DNA from: Bacteroidota bacterium
Lineage (GTDB): Bacteria; Bacteroidota; Bacteroidia; NS11-12g; UBA955
Direction of reading: 5' to 3'
DNA length: 64,000 nucleotides
Assembly: GCA_013205405.1 (NCBI GenBank)
Contig: JABMMZ010000015.1
Location: 75,586 to 139,585 of the forward strand
In this document: positions 52,792 through 63,272 of the stretch, piece by piece
How the letters are laid out: every line of letters begins with the position of its first letter
How positions within the stretch are numbered: position 1 is the stretch's first letter
Made by a program: the position numbers and the translations under genes
Notes under the pieces: generated by a model
The model's database searches: none
What the model was told of the DNA's origin: nothing
Seen by the model: the letters and a program-made list of their open reading frames with translations, nothing else

Positions 52792-55236
52792 ATGAAAAAA
52801 GTACTCACTATATTGGTATTTATAGCTTGTTTGCAATCGTATGCACAAACTATTGTTGTAAAAGATAAGATTACACTGCAACCATTAGCTAATGTGCGAA
52901 TATTAAAATCGGGGATATATGATGCTGTCTCAAATAGAAAGATAGTATTCGATAGTACAAATGCCAAAGGGGAATTTAAATTTATAATACAATTTAATCC
53001 ATTAGAGACTTTTAAATTTTTGTTCGAAGATTATTACACAGAAATATATACAGGTGAAGCATTAGAAAAAATGAATTTTTTAATTTTTCTAACAGAAAAT
53101 ATTGTCACATTGAATCAAGCAGTGGTTTCGGCCTCTCGTTTTGAAGAAAAAGTAGAAGATGTAGACAAGCAAATTGTGGTGATTAATAAAAAGGAAATGG
53201 CGTTTATAAACCAATCGACTACTGCCGATTTATTGCAACAAAGTGGAAAAGTGTTTGTGCAAAAAAGTCAGATGGGTGGAGGCAGTATTGTAATGAGAGG
53301 TTTTGAGGCAAACAAGGTATTGATGGTGGTAGATGGTATACGCATGAATAATGCTATTTACAGAGGAGGGCATTTGCAAAATTCTATTTCGGTAGATAAT
53401 AATATGTTAGATAAAACAGAATTGTTATTTGGCGCTGGTTCTGTAATGTATGGTAGCGATGCACTTGGTGGAGTTGTTAGTTTTTACACTAATAATCCTT
53501 CGCTTTCTAATGTCGCTAAACCATTCATAAAAACAAATGCATTTTTGAGATATGGCACCGCTATGTCTGAAAAAACAGGACATATAGATTTTAATTTTGG
53601 CTTAAGAAAAATAGCATTTTTAAGTTCATTTACCTTTAGCGATTTTAATGACATGACTATAGGAAAAAGAGGTACTAAAAATTATGAAAACTGGGGTAGA
53701 AGAACATTTTATATAGATAGAATTAACAATAAAGATTCAATGGTTTTAAACAAAGATTCTTTTAAACAAATTCCAACAGGATATAAGCAGTATGATGTAA
53801 TGCAGAAAATTTTATTTAAGCAAAACAAATATCTAACACACACTTTTAATTTTCAATATTCTACAACCTCTAATATTCCAAGATATGATAGATTAACTGA
53901 ATTGCAAAGCAATGGAAAGCCTGAGCAAGCAGAATGGTATTACGGGCCGCAAACCAGACTTTTAACTTATTATAAATTAGCAATCGAAAAAGCCACTATT
54001 GGATTTAATAAGGCCAATATTCTTTTAGCGTATCAGGATTTAAAAGAAAGCAGGAATAACAGAGGTTTTGGAAGTAATTTTAAATCCAAAAGAGTAGAAA
54101 ATATCAAAGTTCTTTCGTTAAATGCTGACTGTGAAAAACGCATATTTGAAAAATCTGAATTAAGATACGGTGCCGAGTTTACAACAAATGATGTAGTTTC
54201 TACTGCCACCAGAGAGAATATATTAAACGGTAATATAACACCTCAAACTACACGCTATCCCGATGGCGGTTCTATAATGCGGACTTATGCATTGTATGCC
54301 AGTCAAACCATTTACTTATCTAAAAATTGGTTGTTGAATTCTGGTTTGCGTTTTACAAATACCTATTTAAAGTCTAATTTTAATGATAAAAGTTTTTTCC
54401 CGTTTTTGAAAAACCAAATAGAACAAACCAATCAAAACACAAGTGGTAATATTGGATTAGTGTATTTATTAAAAAATAATTTAAAAATGTTTGCGAGTAT
54501 AGCCACAGGCTTCAGAGCGCCCAATGTAGATGATATTGCAAAAGTATTTGAAAGCAATGCAGGCAGAGTTATTATTCCAAATGCCAATTTAAAGCCAGAG
54601 CAAACCACCACCATAGACTTTGGTATAAATAAATCGTTTAACAAAAAACTAAATATTGAATTAAACGGATTTTATAACAATTATAGCAGCGCTTTAACAA
54701 TTGGCAGAAGCCAGTTGAATGGAAATGACACCATCACGTTCAATGGTGTTTTAAGCAATATTTATACAACTCAAAATGCGCAAAATGCTTTTATTTATGG
54801 TTATTATTCAGGCATTGACTATGCATTCAATAAAAAATGGAACTTAAATGCTTCTTTAAATTATACTTATGGAAGAATAAAAACTGATACTACCGATTAT
54901 CCTTTAGATCATATATCACCAGTATTTGGAAGAGTATCCGCCATGTATAAAACCAAGCAATTAAAAGTAGAATTGTTTTCTATATTTAATGGTGCAAAAA
55001 AAACCACGGATTATAATTTGGTAGGAGAGGATAATCCAATTTATTCTGCAGATGCTATCAAAGGCTTTAACCCAGCTTTTTTTACCCTCAATATAAGAGG
55101 TTCTTATCAACTGAATAAAATTATTCAATTTCAACTAGCCGTTGAAAATATTTTAGATCAGCATTACCGTACATTTTCTTCAGGCTACAGTGGAGCAGGC
55201 AGAAATTTAATGGCTACAGTAAGAGGAAGTTTCTAA
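52792..55236 (+). CDS. TonB-dependent outer-membrane receptor with N-terminal carboxypeptidase-regulatory-like domain
   Basis: 814 aa. Signal peptide and plug-domain motifs (VMRGFE, VDGIRMNN). GFRAPNV and PNANLKPE barrel motifs. C-terminal ...VRGSF. Confidence 0.88.
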   Translation: MKKVLTILVFIACLQSYAQTIVVKDKITLQPLANVRILKSGIYDAVSNRKIVFDSTNAKGEFKFIIQFNPLETFKFLFEDYYTEIYTGEALEKMNFLIFLTENIVTLNQAVVSASRFEEKVEDVDKQIVVINKKEMAFINQSTTADLLQQSGKVFVQKSQMGGGSIVMRGFEANKVLMVVDGIRMNNAIYRGGHLQNSISVDNNMLDKTELLFGAGSVMYGSDALGGVVSFYTNNPSLSNVAKPFIKTNAFLRYGTAMSEKTGHIDFNFGLRKIAFLSSFTFSDFNDMTIGKRGTKNYENWGRRTFYIDRINNKDSMVLNKDSFKQIPTGYKQYDVMQKILFKQNKYLTHTFNFQYSTTSNIPRYDRLTELQSNGKPEQAEWYYGPQTRLLTYYKLAIEKATIGFNKANILLAYQDLKESRNNRGFGSNFKSKRVENIKVLSLNADCEKRIFEKSELRYGAEFTTNDVVSTATRENILNGNITPQTTRYPDGGSIMRTYALYASQTIYLSKNWLLNSGLRFTNTYLKSNFNDKSFFPFLKNQIEQTNQNTSGNIGLVYLLKNNLKMFASIATGFRAPNVDDIAKVFESNAGRVIIPNANLKPEQTTTIDFGINKSFNKKLNIELNGFYNNYSSALTIGRSQLNGNDTITFNGVLSNIYTTQNAQNAFIYGYYSGIDYAFNKKWNLNASLNYTYGRIKTDTTDYPLDHISPVFGRVSAMYKTKQLKVELFSIFNGAKKTTDYNLVGEDNPIYSADAIKGFNPAFFTLNIRGSYQLNKIIQFQLAVENILDQHYRTFSSGYSGAGRNLMATVRGSF

Positions 55237-55253
55237 GCAGTAAAAATTCTATT

Positions 55254-55721
55254 TTATCTATTTAAATACCAAATGCTAATATTTAAAAAGGTAGCAAAAC
55301 ATACCCAAAGTAAATACGGAATTTGGAGTTTAGCAGATAATGGTGAGATTTTATGATAACTTTTTAACATTAATATGATAACAAAAAGAAGCAATAAAAT
55401 GTCTATAGCAGCCATAGCAGGCGAATGAAAATAAAAGAAGAAAATAGACCATAAAAAATTAAGAACTAATTGAATGGCAAAATAGGTGTAAGCATCTTTT
55501 TTTTCTCTGTTTTTAGTAGATTCAATTACTAAGTACAATGAAATACCCATTAGTATATAAAGAATGGTCCATATCGGTCCAAAAAAATAGTTTGGCACAT
55601 TAAAACTTGGTTTGATAATGGTAGTATACCAATCTGTAATTGAAGAAATAGTAAACAAACTAGAAATACTTCCAATTGTTAATGGTATTAAAATACAAAT
55701 GATGAGTTTAAGCGTTTTCAT
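55254..55721 (-). CDS. tspO: TspO/MBR family tryptophan-rich sensory protein
   Basis: 155 aa with five TM helices. FGPIWTILYILMG and LNFLWSIFFF motifs. Confidence 0.85.
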   Translation of the reverse strand: MKTLKLIICILIPLTIGSISSLFTISSITDWYTTIIKPSFNVPNYFFGPIWTILYILMGISLYLVIESTKNREKKDAYTYFAIQLVLNFLWSIFFFYFHSPAMAAIDILLLLFVIILMLKSYHKISPLSAKLQIPYLLWVCFATFLNISIWYLNR

Positions 55722-55774
55722 TGTTTTGTTTTAATGGTTCAAACCTCACTATTTTTTTCCAATTCTAAAATCTA

Positions 55775-56878
55775 TTAATTAAAAGTGCGTTTTACTAATA
55801 ATTCTGCGGCTCTTTGGCTTGCGCCTGGTCCACCCACTTTTATTCTTAGTGCTGCATAGCCTATCAACATTTCTTTTCGTGCGGGGCCATCTAAAATTTT
55901 TAATAATTCATTTTTAATATGTCTAGTTGTTAATTCATGTTGAATAATTTCTTTAACCAAAAGTTTATCCAATATCAGATTTACCAATGAAATATACTTT
56001 ACCTTAATTACCATTTTACCTATTTTGTAACTTAAATTGCTAAATTTATAACAGACCACTTGTGGGCAATTTAGCAAGGCGGCTTCTAAGGTTGCTGTAC
56101 CGCTGCATACTAAAGTAGCATGCGCATTGGCAAGTACATCATATGTTTTTCCTTTTATAAGTTTAATATTCCCGTCACCGATGTATTGGCTGTAAATATC
56201 ATCGCTGATATGACTAGCTCCAGCCAATACAAAATCATAATTTGGAAACTCCTTTATAACGCTTAACATGGCAGGTAATACATGTTTAAGTTCACCCATT
56301 CTGCTACCTGGAAGTAAGGCTATTATTGGTTTTTTAATTTCAAATTCTGTTTTAAAATTGGGATTAAATGTGTATTGCGCTATGGCATCACAAATAGGAT
56401 TACCAACATAATCTAACTTTACTTTATAGGGTTTGAAAAAGTCAGTTTCAAAGGGTAAAATAGTGTACAAATAATCTACATATTTTTTTATTTTAAAAGC
56501 ACGTTTAGTATTCCATGCCCATACCTTAGGACTAATATAATAATGGGTTTTAAAGCCATTCTCTTTGGTAAATTTAGCTATGCGCATATTAAAGCCAGGA
56601 TAATCAATAAGCACAACTGCATCTGGATTGAAATCTAAAATATCTTTTTTGCATTCTTTAATAAATGAAAAAATCTTACCTAAGTTTTTAATAATTTCTG
56701 TAATACCCATTATAGCTGTTTCGCGGTAATGCTTTACCATTGTTCCACCTTCTTTTTGCATTAAATCGCCACCCCAAAATCTAAATTCTGCAGAATTGTC
56801 TATCTTTTTAATGTGTATCATTAAATTGGATCCGTGCAAATCGCCACTGGCTTCGCCTGCAATAATATAATATTTCAT
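55775..56878 (-). CDS. lpxB: Lipid-A-disaccharide synthase
   Basis: 367 aa. MKYYIIAGEASGDLHG N-terminus and LLPGSR and SGTATLEAAL motifs. Confidence 0.92.
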   Translation of the reverse strand: MKYYIIAGEASGDLHGSNLMIHIKKIDNSAEFRFWGGDLMQKEGGTMVKHYRETAIMGITEIIKNLGKIFSFIKECKKDILDFNPDAVVLIDYPGFNMRIAKFTKENGFKTHYYISPKVWAWNTKRAFKIKKYVDYLYTILPFETDFFKPYKVKLDYVGNPICDAIAQYTFNPNFKTEFEIKKPIIALLPGSRMGELKHVLPAMLSVIKEFPNYDFVLAGASHISDDIYSQYIGDGNIKLIKGKTYDVLANAHATLVCSGTATLEAALLNCPQVVCYKFSNLSYKIGKMVIKVKYISLVNLILDKLLVKEIIQHELTTRHIKNELLKILDGPARKEMLIGYAALRIKVGGPGASQRAAELLVKRTFN

Positions 56879-56902
56879 TAAAATTTAAAAGCTAACTGGT
56901 TG

Positions 56903-56910
56903 CAAAGGTA
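56903..56910 (-). promoter_or_regulatory. -7 promoter box (TACCTTTG) upstream of lpxB
   Basis: Exact TAnnTTTG on the minus strand, about 24 nt upstream of the ATG at 56878. Confidence 0.4.
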
Positions 56911-56940
56911 GGTTACAAGAATTGAATAAAAATATTACTT

Positions 56941-57645
56941 TTATTTGCATTCATTGTTTGTGCATACGTTACCCTTAGAAATCTCTATATCTTTTAGAGG
57001 ATTTAACAAATGCCATTCATCAAATGCTTTTTGCAAGGTGTTGATAAATACAGAATCATCTTGCGCACCAGAAATTGCGTACTTTCTATCAAATACAAAA
57101 TAAGGCACACCACTTATATTCATTTTTCTTGCTTCTTCTATATCATCTTGAACTTCTTTTAAATATGTTTGATTTAATAAGTCATCTTTCAATTTTGAAG
57201 TGTCTAAATTTAATAAAGTTGCAATTAATGAAAAAGTTTCGATGTCATCTACATTCAATCCATTAATAAAATAAGCTTCAAAGAGCATTTCTTTGGCTTC
57301 AGATTGTTTGCCATAGTGGGCGGCAAAATGCAAAAACTGGTGCGCCCTTAAAGTATTGGCAGGTATGGTTTTATCAAAATTAAAAGCTATACCGTTAGCA
57401 TGGCCCATTTCTAAAACACCTGCTGTCATTTGTTTTGCATAACTCAAGGTAATTCCTTTACTTTCAGCAAGCGATTGATAAATACTTTTTGTAGTATCTG
57501 TTTTTAAATTGAGGTCTAATTGATAGCTTTTCCAGACTATTTCAATTTGATTAGAATTTGCAAAATTGGTTAATGCCTTATCTAATTTATGTTTGCCGAT
57601 GTAGCAAAAAGGACAAGCGATATCGCTCCATATTTCTATTTTCAT
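56941..57645 (-). CDS. DsbA-family (FrnE-like) thiol:disulfide oxidoreductase
   Basis: I prefer the start at MKIEIWSDIACPFCYIGK (CPFC active site close to the N-terminus, as in FrnE-like proteins). The tracked ORF extends 21 codons further, to 57708. Confidence 0.8.
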   Translation of the reverse strand: MKIEIWSDIACPFCYIGKHKLDKALTNFANSNQIEIVWKSYQLDLNLKTDTTKSIYQSLAESKGITLSYAKQMTAGVLEMGHANGIAFNFDKTIPANTLRAHQFLHFAAHYGKQSEAKEMLFEAYFINGLNVDDIETFSLIATLLNLDTSKLKDDLLNQTYLKEVQDDIEEARKMNISGVPYFVFDRKYAISGAQDDSVFINTLQKAFDEWHLLNPLKDIEISKGNVCTNNECK

Positions 57646-57858
57646 TTTATTTAATGTTGTATCTTTTATAGTCATTTTTGTTTTAATGGAATCCTTTGAA
57701 TTTTCCACTCAGGCTTAGCCAATAAATACTTGTAATAATAATATTAAATAAATCGATTTCATAATTCTTGTGTGCAATAATAGAAAAAATGTAAATCATG
57801 TTAGTTTTATAATCAAATTACAATAAAATAGAGCCTATTTAATTTCCAGTAATTCCCT

Positions 57859-57866
57859 TAAATTTG
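57859..57866 (+). promoter_or_regulatory. -7 promoter box (TAAATTTG) upstream of the thiolase gene
   Basis: Exact TAnnTTTG, 20 nt before the ATG at 57887. Confidence 0.4.
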
Positions 57867-57886
57867 CCCCACAATATTTAAAAAGT

Positions 57887-59068
57887 ATGACAAAAGAAGT
57901 ATATATCGTAGCCGCTGTGCGCACAGCAATGGGAAGCTTTATGGGCACTTTGGCGGGAGTGCCTGCCACTAAACTGGGTGCAGCTGCTATCAAAGGCGCA
58001 TTAGAAAAAATAAATTTAAATCCTAACGAAGTGCAAGAGGTTTACTTTGGTTCTGTTTTACAAGCAGGTCTTGGACAAGCCCCAGCAAGACAAGCAGCCA
58101 AGTATGCAGGTTTACCCAATACTTTTCAATGTACTACTATTAATAAAGTATGTGCGAGTGGTATGAAAGCCATTTCATTAGGTGCTCAACAAATCTTAAC
58201 AGGAGTAGCCGATGTAGTAGTAGCAGGTGGTATGGAGAATATGAGCGCTGTGCCACATTACTTAATGGGTAGTCGTTCAGGTTTTAAATATGGTAATATA
58301 CCAATGTTAGATGGTCTTTCAAACGATGGTTTGTTAGATGCATACAATAATCAAATGATGGGCTGGTGTGCCGACTTATGCGCCACTGAATATAAATTTA
58401 CGAGAGAGCAGCAAGATGAGTTTGCTATCAATTCTTACAAAAAAGCTGCTCAAGCATGGGCCGATGGCAAATTTAATGATGAAATAGTACCGGTAGAAAT
58501 AACAGACAAAAAAGGCAATATTTCTGTATTTAATCATGATGAAGAATACAAAGCAGTTAATTTCGATAAAATACCTGGTTTAAGAGCAGTATTTAGTAAA
58601 GAAGGCACTGTTACTGCAGCCAATGCAAGTACTATGAATGATGGTGCAGCAGCCGTTATATTAATGAGCAAAGAAAAAGCAGAAGCATTAGGTATAAAAC
58701 CAATTGCAAAAATTACAGGTTTTGCAGATGCAGAGCATGAGCCAGAATGGTTTACAACAGCACCAAGCAAGGCTATGCCTAAAGCAGCAGCTATGGCAGG
58801 AAAACAAATTTCTGAAATAGATTATTTTGAATTTAACGAAGCATTTTCAGTAGTAGGTTTGGTGAATAACCAATTATTAAATATAGATAGCCAAAAAGTA
58901 AATGTAAATGGCGGTGCGGTGGCATTAGGACATCCTCTAGGTGCCAGCGGTGCACGTATTATTGTTACCTTACTGAATGTATTGAAACAAAATGGTGGCA
59001 AAGTGGGTGGAGCAGCAATATGCAATGGTGGCGGTGGTGCCAGTGCCATGGTTGTAGAGTTGGTTTAA
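57887..59068 (+). CDS. Acetyl-CoA C-acetyltransferase (thiolase II)
   Basis: 393 aa. Active-site Cys (NKVCASGMKA) and C-terminal motifs NVNGGAVALGHPLGASG and CNGGGGA. Confidence 0.93.
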   Translation: MTKEVYIVAAVRTAMGSFMGTLAGVPATKLGAAAIKGALEKINLNPNEVQEVYFGSVLQAGLGQAPARQAAKYAGLPNTFQCTTINKVCASGMKAISLGAQQILTGVADVVVAGGMENMSAVPHYLMGSRSGFKYGNIPMLDGLSNDGLLDAYNNQMMGWCADLCATEYKFTREQQDEFAINSYKKAAQAWADGKFNDEIVPVEITDKKGNISVFNHDEEYKAVNFDKIPGLRAVFSKEGTVTAANASTMNDGAAAVILMSKEKAEALGIKPIAKITGFADAEHEPEWFTTAPSKAMPKAAAMAGKQISEIDYFEFNEAFSVVGLVNNQLLNIDSQKVNVNGGAVALGHPLGASGARIIVTLLNVLKQNGGKVGGAAICNGGGGASAMVVELV

Positions 59069-59170
59069 GTACTCGTGTTTGGTATTGCTTGCCCAAAGGT
59101 TTTTTGGCAAAAACAGTCAGTTTTTTGTTTTTATAAAGTAAGTGAAAATTAAAAGTTATTAATTGGGGTT

Positions 59171-59848
59171 TTATTGTATTATGTTATATCTGATAAGTTT
59201 CCAAACGGAGCCATTTTTTAATTGGTATTTTACCAAGCCTATATTTTTTGCATAGTAGGCGTATTTGTATATATCTTCTATACTATTTGGGTAGTATAGC
59301 AATAGGCAATTATTGTATGTTTTATTATTTAACGTTACCTGTTTTAATATTTGAATTTTACCTGAATGCTGATTGGTACTATCGTAGTAATTAAAGTATG
59401 AATTAAAGCGATAATATGTATTTGATTTATTTGTTTTTAATAGATTATAAGTAATATCGAAATACATTGAAGCAGTATCTTGAATTTTATCACTAACATT
59501 ATTGGGTATAATCCAAACTAAAAAAGAATCTTTATAATAATCTGTTACTAATCTGTAATAACGATAATCATAACAAATATCGCCTCCATATCCATTTGGT
59601 GTATGTGTTTCTAATCTTGCATTTCGAACCCAAGCACTGTCTATATTGCCAGTTGCGCTATCTTGATATACCCAATAAGTGCCATTTTTAAAATAAAATC
59701 TGTCGAGGGCATCTTGTGGAAATTTTACAGTATTGGCTGCCGTACATTCTGTTTTTTTTTGCACCATTTCTTCTGGTTTGCAGTTTGACAAACTTAGTAT
59801 TACTATGCTACATACTACTAATGAGATGATAGTTGTTGTTTTTATCAT
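59171..59848 (-). CDS. Lipoprotein of unknown function (Tyr/Asn-rich)
   Basis: 225 aa. Lipobox LSLSNC-KPE. No recognisable catalytic motif. Confidence 0.6.
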   Translation of the reverse strand: MIKTTTIISLVVCSIVILSLSNCKPEEMVQKKTECTAANTVKFPQDALDRFYFKNGTYWVYQDSATGNIDSAWVRNARLETHTPNGYGGDICYDYRYYRLVTDYYKDSFLVWIIPNNVSDKIQDTASMYFDITYNLLKTNKSNTYYRFNSYFNYYDSTNQHSGKIQILKQVTLNNKTYNNCLLLYYPNSIEDIYKYAYYAKNIGLVKYQLKNGSVWKLIRYNIIQ

Positions 59849-59970
59849 TTAATAATTATTTATTCTAGTCTTTGGGGATTTGTGTTATCTATGCGGTATT
59901 TTTAACAACTCAAATTTCAACTATTTATTTTACAATATTACAATTTATACCAATGCTCATTTCAAAATAG

Positions 59971-60010
59971 TACAAAAAAACTTTGCCTCTTTGCGTGCTA
60001 TTAAATTCTA
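59971..60010 (+). repeat. Copy 1 of a ~40-bp intergenic direct repeat (TACAAAAAAACTTTGCCTCTTTGCGTGCTA...)
   Basis: Matches copy 2 over 30/31 nt apart from one extra A, then 7/10 over the next 10 nt. Contains an internal CTTTGC-N2-CTTTGC. Confidence 0.8.
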
Positions 60011-60116
60011 GTTCCCTTTCTAACAAATAACTTATAAGCAAGTATCTATTCAATAACCTCATTTATCTTTTTCAGTCTAGTTGTCTTGCAGCCAATATCT
60101 TATCAAAAAATTAGCT

Positions 60117-60157
60117 TACAAAAAAAACTTTGCCTCTTTGCGTGCTACTAACTTCTG
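60117..60157 (+). repeat. Copy 2 of the ~40-bp intergenic direct repeat
   Basis: TACAAAAAAAACTTTGCCTCTTTGCGTGCTACTAACTTCT, 146 nt downstream of copy 1 and about 90 nt upstream of recJ. Confidence 0.8.
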
Positions 60158-60229
60158 TCTCCAAAACTCCTAACCCCACTTTATCCTTTTAATAGTCAAA
60201 ATCCCATTTTCCTACTGAAAAAAAATAGT

Positions 60230-60237
60230 TATATTTG
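60230..60237 (+). promoter_or_regulatory. -7 promoter box (TATATTTG) abutting the recJ start
   Basis: Exact TAnnTTTG. Its 3' G lies 8 nt before the ATG at 60246, which implies a near-leaderless mRNA. Confidence 0.4.
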
Positions 60238-60245
60238 CGAAGTAT

Positions 60246-61940
60246 ATGTATTATCGCTGGACACCTTCCCCTAAATTGAATGACCGCAAGGTTGAAAGTC
60301 TAGCACAAAGTATTAATGTATCTACCCAAATTGCTAATTTACTGATGCAACGAGGCGTTGAAACATTTGATGAAGCTAAACGTTTTTTTCGCCCACAACT
60401 AACAGATTTATATGATCCATTTTTAATGATGGATATGGACAAAGCCATTCAACGTATTCAAATAGCAATTGCCAATAATGAACGTATTATAGTTTATGGT
60501 GATTACGATGTAGATGGCACTACCGCTGTTTCTACTGTTTATTCCTTCTTTAGAAAATTAACCCATAATATTGAATATTATATTCCCGATAGGTACAAAG
60601 AAGGGTATGGTATATCTAAAATAGGCATAGATTACGCTAAAGATACTGATGTAAAACTTATTATAGCCTTAGATTGTGGGACACGCTCAGTAGATTTAAT
60701 AGCCTATGCCAAAGAACTAGGTATAGATTTTATTGTTTGCGACCATCACTTACCTGGTGATGAAATTCCAAAAGCTATAGCGCTTTTAAATCCTAAAAGA
60801 AAAGATTGCGCGTATCCATACAAGGAGCTTTCTGGCTGCGGTATTGGTTTTAAGTTAATTCAAGCGTATGCCCAGGCTTTCGATATGCCGTTTGAAGAGG
60901 TTTGTAAATACTTAGATTTAGTAGCCGTAAGCACTTGCAGTGATATTGTAGATATGCGCGATGAAAACCGTGTGCTGGTTTATTACGGACTAAAAAGATT
61001 GAATGAAGAACCATGTATTGGTTTACAAGCCTTATTACAAAGTTATCAGTTAAAAAAACACTATGAGGTTAATGATATAGTGTTTGGTATAGGCCCCAGA
61101 ATAAATGCTGCAGGAAGAATAGGCGATGCCAAATCATCGGTTAAATTACTAATTGAGCAAGATTTTCACCAAGCCATGTTGTTTTCTAAAACCTTAATTG
61201 ATAATAATACCGAACGCAGAGATTTAGACACAGACATAACGCGCGAAGCAATGGAAATGCTGCATGAAAGTGCAGAACATAGTGTAAAAAAGAGCACCGT
61301 ATTGTTCAGTGATACTTGGCACAAAGGCGTAATTGGTATAGTAGCCTCACGTTTAATAGAAACTTATTACAAGCCCACCATTATTTTTAGCGAAGTAAAT
61401 GGAATGCTAACAGGTAGTGCCAGAAGTGTTAAAGAATTTGATGTACACGAGGCCATTGGGGCTTGTGGCGAATTGGTGCAGCAATTTGGTGGACATAAAT
61501 ATGCAGCAGGTCTTACTATTAAAAAAGAAGACTTTAAAGCATTTTCAGCCAAATTTGAAGAAGTAGTAAGCAGTGGCACCACAGCCGAGTTGCTAACACC
61601 AGAAATAGCGTACGATTTAGAAATAGATTTTAACGAAATAACACCTAGTTTTTTTAATTTATTAGAACAACTAAAACCCCATGGACCAGGTAATATGTCG
61701 CCCATATTTAGAACCAATGGAATAGTAGACAGTGGCGCTAGCAAAATAGTAAAAGAAAAGCACCTAAAGCTACAGGCTAAGCAAAAGGGCATAAAGTTTG
61801 ATGGTATAGGTTTCGGACTAGGTGAATTATACCAACATATTTCTAAAGGCAATCCTTTTGATTTGTGTTATTCCTTAGAACTAAATGAATATAAAGGACA
61901 AAAGAACATACAACTTAAAGTGCGCGATGTACGCGTGTAA
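60246..61940 (+). CDS. recJ: Single-stranded-DNA-specific 5'-3' exonuclease RecJ
   Basis: 564 aa. DHH motifs (YGDYDVDGTT, LDCG, DHH) and DHHA1 (GGHKYAAG). Confidence 0.93.
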   Translation: MYYRWTPSPKLNDRKVESLAQSINVSTQIANLLMQRGVETFDEAKRFFRPQLTDLYDPFLMMDMDKAIQRIQIAIANNERIIVYGDYDVDGTTAVSTVYSFFRKLTHNIEYYIPDRYKEGYGISKIGIDYAKDTDVKLIIALDCGTRSVDLIAYAKELGIDFIVCDHHLPGDEIPKAIALLNPKRKDCAYPYKELSGCGIGFKLIQAYAQAFDMPFEEVCKYLDLVAVSTCSDIVDMRDENRVLVYYGLKRLNEEPCIGLQALLQSYQLKKHYEVNDIVFGIGPRINAAGRIGDAKSSVKLLIEQDFHQAMLFSKTLIDNNTERRDLDTDITREAMEMLHESAEHSVKKSTVLFSDTWHKGVIGIVASRLIETYYKPTIIFSEVNGMLTGSARSVKEFDVHEAIGACGELVQQFGGHKYAAGLTIKKEDFKAFSAKFEEVVSSGTTAELLTPEIAYDLEIDFNEITPSFFNLLEQLKPHGPGNMSPIFRTNGIVDSGASKIVKEKHLKLQAKQKGIKFDGIGFGLGELYQHISKGNPFDLCYSLELNEYKGQKNIQLKVRDVRV

Positions 61941-61946
61941 AAAAAT

Positions 61947-62696
61947 ATGATATTACGCTCGGATAATTTAGTAAAACAATATAAACAAAAGCGCGTTGTA
62001 AACGATGTTTCCATCTATTTAGAACAAGGAGAAATTGTTGGCTTATTAGGCCCAAATGGAGCTGGTAAAACGACTTCGTTTTATATGACTGTAGGGTTGG
62101 TAAAGCCAGACGAAGGACATATTTATTTAGATGATGTAGAAATAACTAAATTGCCAATGTACAAAAGGGCGCAAAAAGGGGTTGGCTACTTACCGCAAGA
62201 AGCTTCTGTTTACAGAGATTTAACAGTAGAGGATAATATTAAAGCAGTACTCGAATTAACTAAATTATCTAAAAAAGAACAGGCAGATAAATTAGAGAGT
62301 TTGTTAGATGAGTTCAGTCTACATCGCGTAAGAAAAAACCTAGGTAAGGTACTTAGTGGTGGCGAAAGAAGACGAACAGAAATAGCGCGTGCATTGGCTA
62401 CCGATCCTAAATTTATTTTATTAGATGAGCCCTTTGCAGGAGTAGATCCTATTGCTGTAGAAGATATTCAAGGTATCATATACAAACTTAAAAAAAAGAA
62501 TATAGGCATATTGATTACCGACCATAATGTGCAAGAAACCTTGAGTATTACCGATAGAGCCTATTTGCTTTTTGAAGGTAAACTTTTAAAACAAGGCACT
62601 GCAGAAGAGTTGGCCGAAGATGAATTGGTACGTAAAGTATATTTGGGTAGAAACTTTATATTAAGACGTGCCAACGATATTATTGAAGAAAACTAA
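61947..62696 (+). CDS. lptB: LPS export ABC transporter ATP-binding protein
   Basis: 249 aa. Walker [10 protein letters not shown], signature LSGGERRR, Walker [12 protein letters not shown], and the LptB-type C-terminal extension. Confidence 0.9.
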   Translation: MILRSDNLVKQYKQKRVVNDVSIYLEQGEIVGLLGPNGAGKTTSFYMTVGLVKPDEGHIYLDDVEITKLPMYKRAQKGVGYLPQEASVYRDLTVEDNIKAVLELTKLSKKEQADKLESLLDEFSLHRVRKNLGKVLSGGERRRTEIARALATDPKFILLDEPFAGVDPIAVEDIQGIIYKLKKKNIGILITDHNVQETLSITDRAYLLFEGKLLKQGTAEELAEDELVRKVYLGRNFILRRANDIIEEN

Positions 62697-62711
62697 ACTG
62701 AAAGCTAAGCA

Positions 62712-63272
62712 ATGAAATACCTTATAGCAGGCTTAGGAAATATTGGACCAGAGTATAATCAAACACGCCATAATATTGGCTTTGATGTTATAGATTGTTT
62801 GGCTAAGGAATTAAACGCTGAATTTTCATTGCAAAAATTAGCCATTGTTTCGGAAGTAAGATTAAAAAACAAACAATTGGTAATTATAAAACCTACAACC
62901 TTTATGAACTTGAGTGGTAAGGCAGTTCGCTATTATTTGGAATTGCATAAAATACCATTAGAGAATCTTTTAGTTGTAACAGATGATTTAGCTTTAGATG
63001 TTGGTGTCATTCGCATTCGCCAAAAAGGCTCGCATGGTGGGCATAATGGATTGCGCAATATTGAAGAAATAATGCAAACACAACAATATTCCAGAATGCG
63101 ATTTGGCATTGGCAATCAGTTTCATAAATCGCAGCAAATAGACTTTGTATTGGGTAAGTGGAAAGCAGATGAAGAGATAGCAGTAAACAATCAAATAATA
63201 AAAGCATCGCAAGCTATACAAGCTTTTGTTTTAGAAGGTGCCAGTAAAGCCATGACCAGTTATAATGGATAA
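62712..63272 (+). CDS. pth: Peptidyl-tRNA hydrolase
   Basis: 186 aa. GLGNIGPEYNQTRHNIGF N-terminus and GSHGGHNGL motif. Confidence 0.93.
   Translation: MKYLIAGLGNIGPEYNQTRHNIGFDVIDCLAKELNAEFSLQKLAIVSEVRLKNKQLVIIKPTTFMNLSGKAVRYYLELHKIPLENLLVVTDDLALDVGVIRIRQKGSHGGHNGLRNIEEIMQTQQYSRMRFGIGNQFHKSQQIDFVLGKWKADEEIAVNNQIIKASQAIQAFVLEGASKAMTSYNG

Noticed and set aside
59069-59170. Weak AT-rich hairpin (CCAAA-GGTTT-TTTGG) after the thiolase gene as a terminator. Similar weak stems occur at 21560-21578 and 63678-63698.
   Set aside because: The stems are only 5-7 bp and almost entirely A/T. They are plausible but not strong enough to list as features.
61367-61852. 161-aa minus-strand ORF inside recJ
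   Set aside because: It is antisense to the conserved DHHA1 and C-terminal region of RecJ and is a frame artefact.
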